A stretch of 64,000 nucleotides of DNA, taken from NCBI RefSeq assembly GCF_009914755.1, contig NC_060935.1; one strand, given 5' to 3'. Source of the stretch: the human T2T-CHM13v2.0 reference genome, Homo sapiens. The position numbers were made by a program, and so were the translations under genes. Below are positions 31,654-45,078 of this stretch, piece by piece. Within the stretch, counting starts at the first letter, position 1, and each line of letters opens with the position of its first letter. Under the pieces are notes generated by a model. It saw nothing but the letters and a program-made list of their open reading frames with translations. It made no database searches and was not told the DNA's origin.

Positions 31654-33356
31654 TTTTTAAAACAAACAACTTAGGCCTTCACTCCGAAACTGGGACTTCT
31701 GGGTTCCTGGGTTTCCATATCAATGAATTACCTAATTGAAAATAACATTCCATGGAAAAGGATGGGCAAATGCCCAGCACCCAAGGCCACCACTCAAAGC
31801 TTCTGAGATGAAGCCAGCAATCAAAACCACAAATCAAAGTGCATAAAGAGGCTGAGGGCTCCACGGAGAGTTCTGAAGCCAAATAATGCCCAGTGATTGT
31901 TGGTCCATTTTCCACATGAGAAGGACATGGCTGGAGAGCCTGGGGAGAGGGAATGGCTCCCATGCTGCTCTTAGGCTGTTCCTGTTCTCTGTTTTCAGGG
32001 CCACAGATTCATCCAGGACTGGCCTGTGGAGTCTTTTTCTTACTACTGTATCCATTCTAGCCTCCACCTACTTTGTCTTTCAGCCCTTGCCAGCCTAAGA
32101 TGCCCCTCGCAGGGCTCCACAAACACACTCATCTACAGCAGGCAAGCTACCTAGAATTCAGTCGGTGTCCGGGTGCCAGAAACCACCAGCTTCCTGTTAA
32201 CAATTCCCTGGCTTACCCTGGGCTTACCTGAGCTTACCTGGATTCCCTGGGCTTACCACATACCTATGGAGTCAGAATGTCCTGGAGCTGGCCTTGGGGC
32301 ATTTATATTTTAAACAAGCTCCCCAGGTAATTCTGATCTGTTTGAAAACCAGTATTTCAAGAAACAAAAATCTTAACTGCAACTGATGAAACGCAGATAT
32401 TACTTGGTGACCTTCTGGAAACCATTTACCTTAGCTCCAACTACTTCAGGATCTTTGAGGTCTTAACCCACTCGAATAATTCATTTGGGACTTTCAGGCC
32501 TGGGACAGATGATGAGACAGACACTTGGAGTGGAGGTAAGCTGAGGGACTTTCTCAGCCCTGCTGTGGAGCACCTCTGGTTCTGTCCCACACGTTTCCAA
32601 TAGCTTGTCAATAGAGCTAAACACACATTCCAAGAGTTGCTGAAAGGTGCTGTCTGTGCTCAGAAAGTATCACAAATCTTCATCTTTCCCAATCCATTTA
32701 GGGATAGGAGTTCCAGCTACCCAAAGAGTGATTTTTGTTAAAAGTTACCATTTGTGGATTAGAACTTTTCATCAAGACAGAGTGAAAAGCAGTTAGTATA
32801 GCCTCCAGGTTTATTATTCCTCCAGAGACTTCCTTTTGCAAGGAAATGAAATTCCAACCCATCAAGGTGGCCTGCAGGACCCTGGAGGATCTGCCTCCTG
32901 CCCACCTCTCCAACTTGACTTCCTTTTGCCCCCTTTCACCAACCACACTGCAGCCTCTCTAGACCTTTGTTCTGACCCTCAAAAGGCTTTCCCTGCCACT
33001 TCTTCCTCTTGGAATATTCTCCCCTCAGTTCTTCACCAGGTTGCTTGGCTCACTCTGCAGGTCTTCATTAAAGGTCACCTTTCCAGACAGCACCACGTGG
33101 GCCATCACTTCTACCCCCATCACTATCTCTCGCTATTGCACGGCACTTACTACTATTCGAATTAATAATAAGTGCTACAAAGACAATTTGCTACCATTTG
33201 CTCCCTTTTGGCTTTCCCTCTCTCCCTTTCCTAGAATGTAAGCTCCACAAGGGCCAGAACCTTTCTCTGTCTTATTCACCATTATCTCACCAGTACCTAA
33301 AATCATTGCCTGCACAGAATAGAATATTTATTGAATGAAAAAAAAAATGGATGGAT

Positions 33357-33819
33357 TGACAAAGATTCTTTGTTTGACCAAACTTCAGTTAGGCGTCTGA
33401 ACCTTCTTCTGGCCTCTTCTGGGCTCTTTGCTAAACCTTCCTTATAAAATCCGGTTTAGCAAAAAACTCATCTAAGTCAGGTTAGCAAGAACCTCCATCC
33501 TCAAAATCTGATCACCCTCAAATCTGATCAGGTTCTTCATCCTCTCCTGGACGATGTTTGGTCACCCTGTGGCCTTCAGCTAGAATCCTGTGGGGTTGGT
33601 TTAGCCAAAATACTCCTTACCCCCGAGCATCCACTGCCCCCACCTTGCTCCATGGCTATAAATTCCCACTTACCCATGTTGTACTTGCAAGTGAGCCCAA
33701 TCTCTCTCCCCCACTCCAAAATCCCGTTGCTGTGGTCCCTGTGCTCATTGCAATGATCCTGAATAAAATCTGCCTTACTGTGTTTTAACACGTGTCATTG
33801 AATAGTTTTTTATTTAACA
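33357..33819 (+). mobile_element. MER31-like ERV1 solo LTR
   Basis: Runs tgacaaagattc...tttaaca. Internal TATA (ggctataaa, about 33654) and AATAAA (about 33762). Follows an L2 3' end. Confidence 0.75.
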
Positions 33820-35361
33820 GTGTGGATGGATGGTGGTTTATTGGAAAAAGGAATTGGAAGAGTAGGCAGAGATTTTACTTCTCACTTTATGTTTTTATAG
33901 GGGTGAGATTATGAAACATTTTACTTTCTGTTTAAGTTTTTCAAATTTTGAAAAAAATGTTTTAAATAACTACCTAAGAAAATGAGGATACGAAAATCAT
34001 ACAAAAATTAAGGGGTTTTCAGGTTTCTTAAAGAATTCATGAACACAGAGATACAAAGGATATGGATTGAATTGATGATAATATTGGTAACAGCAAACAG
34101 CTATTACTATAATACTAATCCATGTAAAGTGCTTAGACAGTTCCCAGCACAAAGAAGGTGCTTCATGACTGTTGGTCACAGCCTTAATTCTCACAGCAAC
34201 CTATGGCCTGGATTCTAGAATTATCCCATTTTACACACCAGAATATCGGGGCTTAGAGTGTCTAAATTGCCTAAAGTCACACAACTTGCAATAGGAGGAT
34301 CCTGGATTCAATCCAGTCTGAAGTCAAAAAGAAATTGATGTAGGTATCACTTCCGTACAGCTCCATAACACTGGGCAAGTCAACCTCTGTGCTTAGTTTT
34401 CTCATTTGGTAAATGGGTTAACAAAAGCACCTATTTTTGTTCAGTACTATTGTGAAGAATAAATGAGCTAATGCATGTAAAACAATTGGAATAATATTAA
34501 GTATTTAGCAGGAATTTGGTAAATTTAAGTTATTTAATAATAATTGTTTCCTCAGTAATAAATGGGTTAGTACCTGTACTGTAACCGAAATAGTACTGAG
34601 CATACAGCAAGAAGTTAGTAATTCTAATTTATAATTTAATAATAAAAAGAATTATTATAATCTTTTCAATGTTACATTCTGCTATTATTACTATTATAAC
34701 TGCTACATAGAAAAGAATACAAAAGAATTCTGATTTTTTTAAGCTTTGAGGGGTCAGTTAAAGAGTAGTTGACTGTTTTATCCAGAACCTTTTTACACAC
34801 ATCATTAGCAAATACTGATGCTGACGAGGCAGTGAAAGATTTAAAGAAATGTGTAGAATTGGCATCTCATGTCATGTGACATTGTCCTGACTATGAGCCT
34901 AGATGAGTTAACCAAACAGCTGTCAGAAATCATTCTAAGGTCTTATTCCTGCCTCACAACCACTTTTTACCTCCCAAGATGATAATAAGTATTTAGGAGT
35001 TCTGGTTTCAGTGAATGGGAAACTTCTTAATTCATACCACCACCCTCCATCTCTGGGGAGAAGGGAGGCTACACTTCATCCCACAGACTCATCTGATGTC
35101 CTAGAAGATTCCCTTTCCTGCAAGGGTTTAGTGGAAATCACATTGGTATGGACATAGGAAGGACACATACATTGCCCATGTTATTGGCATCATATTACAG
35201 AAATACGGGCTGCATGTTTGGCGTAAAGATGCGTAATCTGCTAGAAATTCTAGGAAACAATGGAAAATCCTAATGTTTAAGCAAGAGACTTATTCTGCAT
35301 TGTGTACTAAAGTCTCGACAGACTCAGATGAATCTGAAGGACTTAAAAAATATGTTTTACA

Positions 35362-35817
<456 letters not shown>

Positions 35818-36588
35818 TTATTTCACTAGCATCCTTTCTGTGTTTTAAAAGCACCGTAAAACAATGATCTGAACAAGCCAGGTCTGTTAAATATGGTTCA
35901 TGAAATAGTGAGGAGCATCTTCTTGATCTGAAATCTTGGAGTTATCAGCTATCCCACTCGTTCCTAAAGTTTTAGTAACAATTGACTACAGGCACATCAC
36001 CATGTTTGGTTCTGTGGAGATAAAAAAGAAGAACAGATTTTTGCCCTTGTGAGGTGGGGTGGGAGACAAGAAAAGGAGGAAGAGAAAAAGCAGCTGGAAT
36101 TTCCACGAAAGACACCTACAGAAAAGTGGAAAAGGATCAGAAGAAGTTTGGCAAAGAAGGTGGGTAGGCCTGGAACATGCAGAGATGGGGAATAGGTAAC
36201 CCAGAATTCCTGTGGAAAAGAGAACACAGGTATGACTTGGTCTAAGAGTGGTTTTATTTTTTTCTAGGCAGACATACAGGACCATCCTAGAGATCTGAAA
36301 CAAATGCAAGTAAAAAGCTTTCTGTCTGATGGATATGGGACACCAAAAGGTTCCAATGATTGAAGATGACAGAGCTTCCACAATGAGAGAATAGATACTC
36401 ATGCTCTCCTAGGCTCCCCTAGATTTCAGAGTCACTGACTATAAACACATGTGAAATAAAGGGGAAACAATATTGTTTAGACGATCCAAACCAAAAAACC
36501 TACCTGCTTATGCGTCAAGGGTTTTGATACCAATATGAACTACAGCTCTTCCTCTCCCTAGCTATAATCATCTTAGGCAAGTTAATTA

Positions 36589-36650
36589 TTAGGTTGGTGC
36601 AAAAGTAACTGTGGTTTTTCCCATTGAAAGTAATGGCAAAAACTGCAATT
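36589..36650. mobile_element. MADE1 (Hsmar1 MITE), right end truncated
   Basis: ttaggttggtgcaaaagtaa...aatggcaaaaactgcaatt. Confidence 0.85.
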
Positions 36651-37563
36651 CATAAGTTGAATTCATATGTCCCCCAAATTCTTATGTTGAAACTTAATTC
36701 CCAGGGCAGTGGTGTTAAGAGGTGAACCATCTGGGAGATGATTAGGTGATGAGGGCTGTGCCCTCTTCAATGGAATTAGTGCTCTTAATAAAAGATGCTC
36801 GAGGGAGCCTGTTTTCCCTTTCTACCATGTGAGAGCACACACAAAGGTGCCAACTACGAGGAATAGGCCCTCCACAGATACCAAATCTGCTAGTACCTTG
36901 ATCTTGGACTTGCCAGCCTCCAGAAGGGTGAGCAATAAATTCCTATTGTTTATAAATTACCCAGTCTAAGGTATTTTGTTATAATAGATGGAAAGACAAT
37001 GACTGTGTAAAAGAGACCCCAGAGAGCTTTCTGAATCTCTTTTCATGCTGAGCGAGGTGGCTCATGCCTATAATCCCAGCACTTTGGGAGGCCTAGGTGG
37101 GAAGATCACTTGAGCCCAGAAGTTTGAGATCAGCCTGGGTAATATAGTGAAATCCTCGTCTCTATAAAAAATTTTCAAAAATTAGCTGGGCGTGGTAGTG
37201 TGCACCTGTAGTTCCAGCTACTTGAGGGGCTGAGGTGGGAGGATCACTTGAGCTACAGTGAGGGAGGCCGAGCCTGCGATGAGCCATGATCACACCACTG
37301 CACTCCAGTCTGGGTGATAGAGTCAGACCCTGTCTCAAAAAAATTACAATAGAATAAAATTCAAATAAAAATAAATAAATATCTTTCTAACTGTGGATAC
37401 AATGAGAAGTTGGTCTGCAACCTGGAAAAGGCCCCTTATCAGACCCAACCATACTGGCACCCTGATCTTGAACTTCCAGCCTCCAGAACCATAAGAAAGA
37501 AATTTCTGTTGTTTCTAAGCCACTCAGTCTTTGGTATTTTGTTATGGCAACCCAACTAAGACA
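36651..37563 (+). mobile_element. MLT1-type MaLR LTR pieces (two 3' ends) with a nested AluJ (about 37046-37380)
   Basis: MLT1 motifs appear twice (cttgatcttggactt.ccagcctccagaa), ending ...aagaca at about 36998 and 37563. Confidence 0.75.
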
Positions 37564-37829
37564 GTTACATAAAAATATACAACCCATTCTCAACTCGCTG
37601 GCCATATAAAAGAGAGAGTAGGTTAGATTTGGCCCAAGGGGCATAATTTGTCTACACTTGTTCTAGGGGAAGCTCCAAAAAAGATATTTTCATCCCTTTC
37701 TCAAAGTCTTTCTGGAAAGACATTTGATCAGCCCATGCCAACTTTTTCCTGCAGGGAGAGCTCCAGTATCCTCTGGGGACCCCAAGGCTTTCTCAACCCA
37801 CTGCTAAGAAGTAAGAACAAGGCCACTTA

Positions 37830-37991
<162 letters not shown>

Positions 37992-40900
37992 TTACAAAAA
38001 ATGTACTTTTTCTCCCTCATTCTTTACCATTCCCAATGTATGGAGCCATGTTCTCACTGCTGGTTACCCTATGAATTAGACATTAAAAGAACAAAGCATT
38101 ATATTTGATACTGAATGTAACTTTCCCCTGGATAATTTTGGATTTCTTGAACACTTTCCACATGAGCAAGTTAAACTGTAAGCAGCATTAGGTCCTTGAA
38201 GAAAATGTATTCATTTTCATTCCAAACTAAAAGGTGCTCTCTTTTCCCTCCCCTCACTTATGAAATCATGTGTAAGCAGATTCCTTTATTACACAGATTA
38301 ACGAGGAAAAGCCTGTTGGGACTTGGGGATTATCATACAAACTTTGGAGCCAATATTGGAATAGCAGAGGCCAATTAGCCAATAAATTCTTTGCTAGAGT
38401 TACATCTAGCTTGTTTTGGTATTATCCCAAATCAATGCATGGCTGGTATGTTTCACTCTTACAAAATCCTATATGTAAAATTATTTTTTATTACTACACA
38501 CATAAAATGACAGGGAGAAAAAAATACTGAAAAATCAAAGGGAAAACAATAAGGAATCCGAAATTCCATTTTATCCAGTTTTTTTAAATGTAATCTGTTA
38601 TTTATGAATTTGTCATAATTATTTTCATGATTGAAATGGTTAGAATGCTTTTTTTATTTTATTTATTTTTTCAGGATCATAAAGACAGAATATAGATTCA
38701 CTGTCAGATTTTGCTAGTTCCTAGTCCCTCCACTCTTTTCTTCCTTTACTTGACATTCTTGACTTGTATCTAAGTCCAGCCTCACATCAGCCTTTGGGGT
38801 CAATCCTAACCCCAGGAAAGATTTAAGGAGCTTCATCTCTGCCCTCTTCATGTCAGCATCACATTGCACTAGGTCTTGGACCAACTCCAATACCCAACCA
38901 TGAGTCTTACTTCTGTGTTGGCTTTACCTCATCCCCTGTGCCTGAGATCCTGGGAATCTGCCCTACACTTTAGTTCCTCCAAGGCTAGGCCTGGCTTTGC
39001 TCTTCCTACCACTCCTGTTGGTCCCTTCCATTCTCTCCCTCGGTACCTCACGCTCAGGCCTGCAGTCTCACTCCAACGCATCCAGGGACTGGGGCACATT
39101 GTGCGGCTTACAGGTGTTTCCAGTACTGCCTGGGGGCTATCTGGATTTCTAATTTCCAATCCCCATGTGCTCCCTGACCTCTGACCCCTGATCTAGTATT
39201 GCCATTCTTGAGGTCTCAGTTCTTACTACTTACATGTTCTATAAATCAGTGTTGCTATGTCCTTGGCTACAGGACTTTGCTTCCCCACCTGACTTGTTCT
39301 CTGACTCTGAAGTATGAGCCATCTTCTCTTTCCTCCTCTTCTCCACACCTAACCTGCTCAATTTGGCAGTCCTAATTTCCAGTCCCTCCCTATTATATCC
39401 AGTTTCCTATGGTGTCCAGTTATGTCTAAAGTCTTAACCCATACTCAGTAAATTTTAGCATTATAATTTGATTCTCTTATAACAAAATTCCTTCTCTCTG
39501 AACCTTTGACTTTACTCTTTCCCTAGTCATCTAACCCACTAACCTCTTTACACCAAGCACATATCAACCCAGATTGTCTAACTACCCTTTGCTGGATCCT
39601 TTCTATCTTCAGCAAAAAGAATCCATCACTTGCACTTGGGGTTACTAATACTTCACATTTAGTATCTCCTCTTTTTGCTCTCAGCTAGAAAGCTTGACAA
39701 ATGACTTCACAAGTAAGTTATTGGTCTGGAAAGACAAAGGCTTAGGGAAGATTAGATCCAGGACAGAGGGAACTAGTTCCGCAGTAATGTACAAAATCAA
39801 TTTCAGGCCATTCCCAAGTCCTTCTCTCAAGCCCATGGAGAGGAGTCTGCTACGTGGGAGGTCAAAGAGAATCAATCTGAATATTCTGGCTGAGAATAGC
39901 TCATATTACTTGGTTAATTTCATTTGAAATTAAGAGAAAATGCCCGAGGTATCAAGGTCCCAAAGAACTGGAATAAAAAAAGCTCCATTCAGTGTCAGCA
40001 GAAACTGGCCATATCTATGAGAGATAGGTTTTTAAAGGAACAGTTGGAGTTGATTTAAGCAGTTGGGAGAGGGTGGAGACCAGAATTGTTTCTGGAGGTT
40101 TTTTAGGAGAGAAATGTTCCTTAAAGAAGTGGGAGGCAAGAGCTGGGGTTGTATCTTCACTTATTGCAAGTGCTTAATCCTCGGGACTTTCCAAAGCCAA
40201 AAAACAGAAAGACAGCAAAACAAACAAATAAAAAAGCCACTATCTCCACCCTCAGAAGACCGTGGAAAGAACCTTATTTCAGCCATGATTTGTAAATGGG
40301 AAGTTTCTCAACAGTCTAACTTCCCTTGGCTTTCCAGAGCCTTGATCTGCACTTGGATGGAAACCGTATTCAGCTTGTAATTTTTCTTTGTAAACATTGC
40401 CTAATTGAAATTGCTCACTGGAACGGGGGTGTTGCATCTGAACAAAACCCTCTTGGACTTGGCCGCTGGGGTTACAGAGTAGTGAGTTGTGTTGAAACTC
40501 CCCAGTAGAGCCAAAGGTCCTGTGACTTCCCAGAATCCACCAAGACTCTGGAAACAACCAGGAAAGTCTTTGAATGATTCACTCCAAAGCCCTGGCCCCA
40601 TTGTTCATGGCCTCAAGCTCCTCCTGAGTATGGAGAAGACTGAGGAACACTTTGACAAAAGGGGGTTGGGTGTTTTAAGTTATGACCCACCAGAAAAGAC
40701 CATGGGGGAGTTAGGAAGGACCTGAAAGGAACATAGATAGCTGGACAGTGAGGGAGAAGAGCTGCTCGGTGGTGGGTGCTGGGGATATTTGCAAAATCTC
40801 CCCAGAGGAACTCTCCTTCCTACTCCTCGCTCCTTCCACCTCTCACCTCCCACTGGTTGTTAAACAATGTTTATTGATCTTCCATTGCCCAGCAACCTAG

Positions 40901-41047
40901 TCAGCTCATCTCTTCCCTCACTCTCACTCATCCAACCTGCTTCCTGCCAAGCCAAACAAAAAAGATCTGCTTCTGCTTCTCAGTGACTGTGCAATTCTGC
41001 TCCCTCTCTCTCCTCTTTCTCTCTACCATTCTAGATGGCTAAGGAGT

Positions 41048-41240
41048 AGGCTTACCAAATTTGGAACAAACAAACAAACATGACACTCAATTACTTTTTG
41101 AATTTCAGGTAAAAAATGAATACTTTTTTTTTAGTATTATTATGTCCCATGCAATATTTGTGACTTACACTAAAAAACTATTTGCTTTTTATCTAAAATT
41201 CAAATTTATCCAGGCATTCTGTATTTTATCTGACAACCCA
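41048..41240. mobile_element. MER53-like palindromic DNA element
   Basis: Degenerate palindrome centred on tgtcccatgcaatatttgtgac, ending tattttatctgacaaccc. Confidence 0.7.
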
Positions 41241-42232
41241 ACTAAGGAGACAAGGCCATGTGATCTTTCAGATGACAACGTGAAAGGACTACTGAGCTCA
41301 TTCATCTCTAAGTAGCTGTCATCCAAACCTTTAGAAATTGTGCTTGGATAAATAAACATACTTCATCCATCCAGATTCACCATTTCTCCCAGGTTTTGGC
41401 CAAATGCCCCTATTTCCTGTCTCGGGGACACCATTCTAGTGATGGATGGAGGTTACGGAAGGGAGTGGACCCACTGAGTGGGAGGGGAGCAAACTGGGCA
41501 GACTAGAGCCGCTCACATGGTAATAAACCTCTGTCCCTCATGGAGGTATTTTCTTACTGAACTCCTCAGCTCTCCACCCACTTTGAATAATGATCACAGC
41601 TCATACGGAGAGAGCACATGGCATGTGCTACTGTGCCCTATATGCACAATCACATTTCATCCTCACAGTAATCTACAAAATAGATGCCAATCCTATTTCC
41701 ATTTTACAAATGAGGCTCAGAGAAATGGAGTAACTTGCCCAGGGTCAGATAACCAGTAAGTGGCCCATACTGGATCCAAACCCAGGTCTGCCCAACTGCA
41801 GAGCCCAAAAACCTCTAGGATGGCATGCTAAGAAGGTACTGGGCTAGGAGAAAGGGCTCACTGGGATCCCAGAAAGTAAAACAAGATAACAAGATAATCT
41901 GTAAAGCTCCCTTGGTACCTACTCCAACACTTTACAATCCTGGTAGCATTGCATTTGTTTGCAGACTAAGGGCTGTGGTGGTCCAGCCCCCGCACCTAGC
42001 ACAGCACCAGTACATGGGGGCAGCTTTTAAAAAATGCTTAAGAAACGAAAGCAATGGATGTGTCACTTAATAACACAGAGAGTCAGAGAAAGTGACTTTC
42101 TAACACCACACAGAGAGTCAGGGAATGTGCCCAATGACGGTGAGCTCCCTCCTTTTTTCCCATACCCAGCTTCTTGCTGCCCTGTCCCCTTATGGTCTCC
42201 TCTGCCCTTCTCTCTCTTCCTTAAATCGCTCA

Positions 42233-42553
<321 letters not shown>

Positions 42554-42783
42554 CTAACAGAGTGAGGGAAAAAAGGCATAGAGCTGAGATTTGGCCTATA
42601 AGGTGAAAAAAAAAAAGATTGGCTACTCATATATTTTAAGGTTCCCAACAGGTTAACAATAATTAAGAAATGCCAAAACAAGGTTATGAAAACTGGAGAA
42701 TATTTTATATGTCTATATTTACAAAGTGGTGTTTTATTATACACAGTGAGATACAATTGTCCTAATCACAGATAATTACACAA

Positions 42784-43180
42784 TTTTTTATTTGTGCAAA
42801 TTTATGGGGTACATGATAAATTTTTTAATGTATACAATGTGTGATGATCAAATCAGGGCATTTAAGGTGTCTAACATCTGAGTACAATGCATTTTTTAAG
42901 TACAGTCATCCAACTCTGCTATCAAACATTGAATGAATTCCTTCTATCTTTCTGTATGTTTGTACCCTTTAAGCTACTTCCCTTCGTCCTTCCCCTTTCC
43001 CCCCACTCACCCTTCCTAGCCTCTGTTATCTATTTTTCCACTATTTTTCCATGTGTTCAAATATTTTAGCTCCCACATATAAATGAGAAATGCAATATCT
43101 GTCTTTTTGTGCCTGGCTTATTTCACCTAAGATAACGACCGCCAGTCTTATCCATGTTGCTTCAAATGACACAATTTCAT
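42784..43180 (-). mobile_element. L1MA-type 3' end fragment
   Basis: Motifs tttatggggtaca and gctcccacatataaatgaga...tgtctttttgtgcctggcttatttcac. Confidence 0.8.
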
Positions 43181-44732
43181 AAATATAGAATGTATGAAAA
43201 TAATTTGCAAATGTACTATAAGTACTGTAGTCAATAATAGGACACAGGCTTAAACTTGGGGGATAAATGTCTTCTTTCACTCCTATGATTGTAGCTCAGA
43301 AACAGTATGAAATGTCTAACTTGGATGCTCTTCCCAATTGTGAGACCCAGTTAGATGGTCCTTCCAGTTGTGATGGTCCTTCCAGTTGTGATGGGCCCTG
43401 GATCTGGTTAAGAATAGGAAGCCTTGGCAGGGGTCAGATCAGCAACTCATGATCCACCTGTTTTCCCCTCTACCTGGTCCCCACTGGACAGGGGTATCAC
43501 AGGCTGCCTCAGTTTGGGCTCCTTCTAGAGCAGGCTCAGCTGGAAATCTCCATCTGGGCACCAAGAGTGCCAGCTGCCAGCAGCCACCATGGCAGGAGCA
43601 TTTGCTTATATTTCAGATCCAAATTCAAGGTGGGAAGACAGCCACTCCTTCTGAGCAGTGATGCCAAGCCTTTCTCAATGTTCCCCAAGTGTCTCTGTCA
43701 GATGACTCACAAGGAACCTCTCCCGCTATTCCTCGACATCCATGGCAGTGGTCCTATTTTTAAAGGTGCCAGGCACCCTACATGCAGAGTGCTATAAAAA
43801 TCCACATCTGAGCTTAAAAAACACCACCTCCAGGGGCATTAAAATAGAACTCAATGCAGAATCCTAGATTGCCAGTGCTGGCATGTAGTAGGTAACAGAT
43901 GGCTGAACCCCGAATAGATACGGAAGAAGATGTACGGGAAAGTCAAGTGACTTGTTGGACGTCATGGAGTTATGGGCAGAACTGGGATGTCAACTCAGAT
44001 GACCTCACCTCCATTGAGTTATTTCCACAGTCTGTGCTGTATGTTAAGCTATAGGGACCCAATCCTACTGTGCTGGTTCCCATAGGAAGCAATGCTGAAC
44101 TGCCAGTTATTTAAAATGGATGGGAAGGGAGGTCAGTGTTCTCTGAGGTGAGGCAGGGTGCTCTCTGTTCTAGCCTGGCCACATGTACTCGTGCAGGGAG
44201 AGAGGAAGCCTAGGGCCTGCTGTGTGAGGGGAGAACAGGCAGCCCACTTCTCCCCTCAATGTGGCCCCTTCATCTGGGCAACATTGGTGTGAAGAGAATG
44301 CAGGGAGGATCACAAGAGAAGCTTATGTGAACAGCAGAGTCATGCTCCCAGGAAAGAAAAGGGAACCAAAGCCAACTGTCAACCTATCCTAAGGATGCTA
44401 AAGAAGCCTACGTTTGGTTTAAAAGAGAAATACTCATGGATCTAAATGAATGGTGGCTGTCAGGATCAGGCAGGAGGCCAGCTGCTACCTATTTTACATC
44501 CATTACGTCTTAGGTCAACAGTAGCCCTTCGACTCAAGGGCAGCTTGCTAGTTAGTTGCTGAAGCAGGATTAGAGATGAGTTATGTTTGACTCCAGAAAT
44601 CCAGATTTCAAATAGCAAAGGCCAGTGATGTAAGTTGAAGCTGAGGAGATAGGAACACGAACGCAGGCCGAGTTCTCTGCCTGAGTTCCTGATTCACAGA
44701 AGCTGTTCGGTTGCACAACTCCATGTAAGTGC

Positions 44733-45078
44733 TGTTTTAGTCTGTTTTGTGCTGCTACGACAGAATACCTAAGACTGGATAATTTATGATAAACAGAAAT
44801 TTATTTTTTCACCATTCTGGAGACTGGGAAGTACACAATGAAGATATCAGCATCGGGCAAGAGCCTTCTTGCTGCATCATTATATGGAGGAAGGTAGAAA
44901 GGCAAAGAGAGGCACAAAGGAGCCAAACTCATTCTTTTATAGCAGCATTAATCCCATCCATGAAAGCAGAGACCTCATGGCCTAATCACCTCCCAAAGGG
45001 TCCACTTATCAATATTGTTATAATGGCAACTAAATTTCAGCATGAATTTTGGAAGGGACAGACATCCAAAGCATAGCA
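44733..45078 (-). mobile_element. MST-type MaLR solo LTR
   Basis: Runs tgttttagtctgttttgtgctgct...catagca. TSD (a/g)gtgc. Confidence 0.8.

Noticed and set aside
43334-43374. Small tandem duplications (18 bp here, 13 bp at about 18129, about 28 bp at 22648 and 22687) as a CRISPR-like or functional array
   Set aside because: Only two copies each with no spacer architecture. These look like ordinary slippage events in a vertebrate intron.
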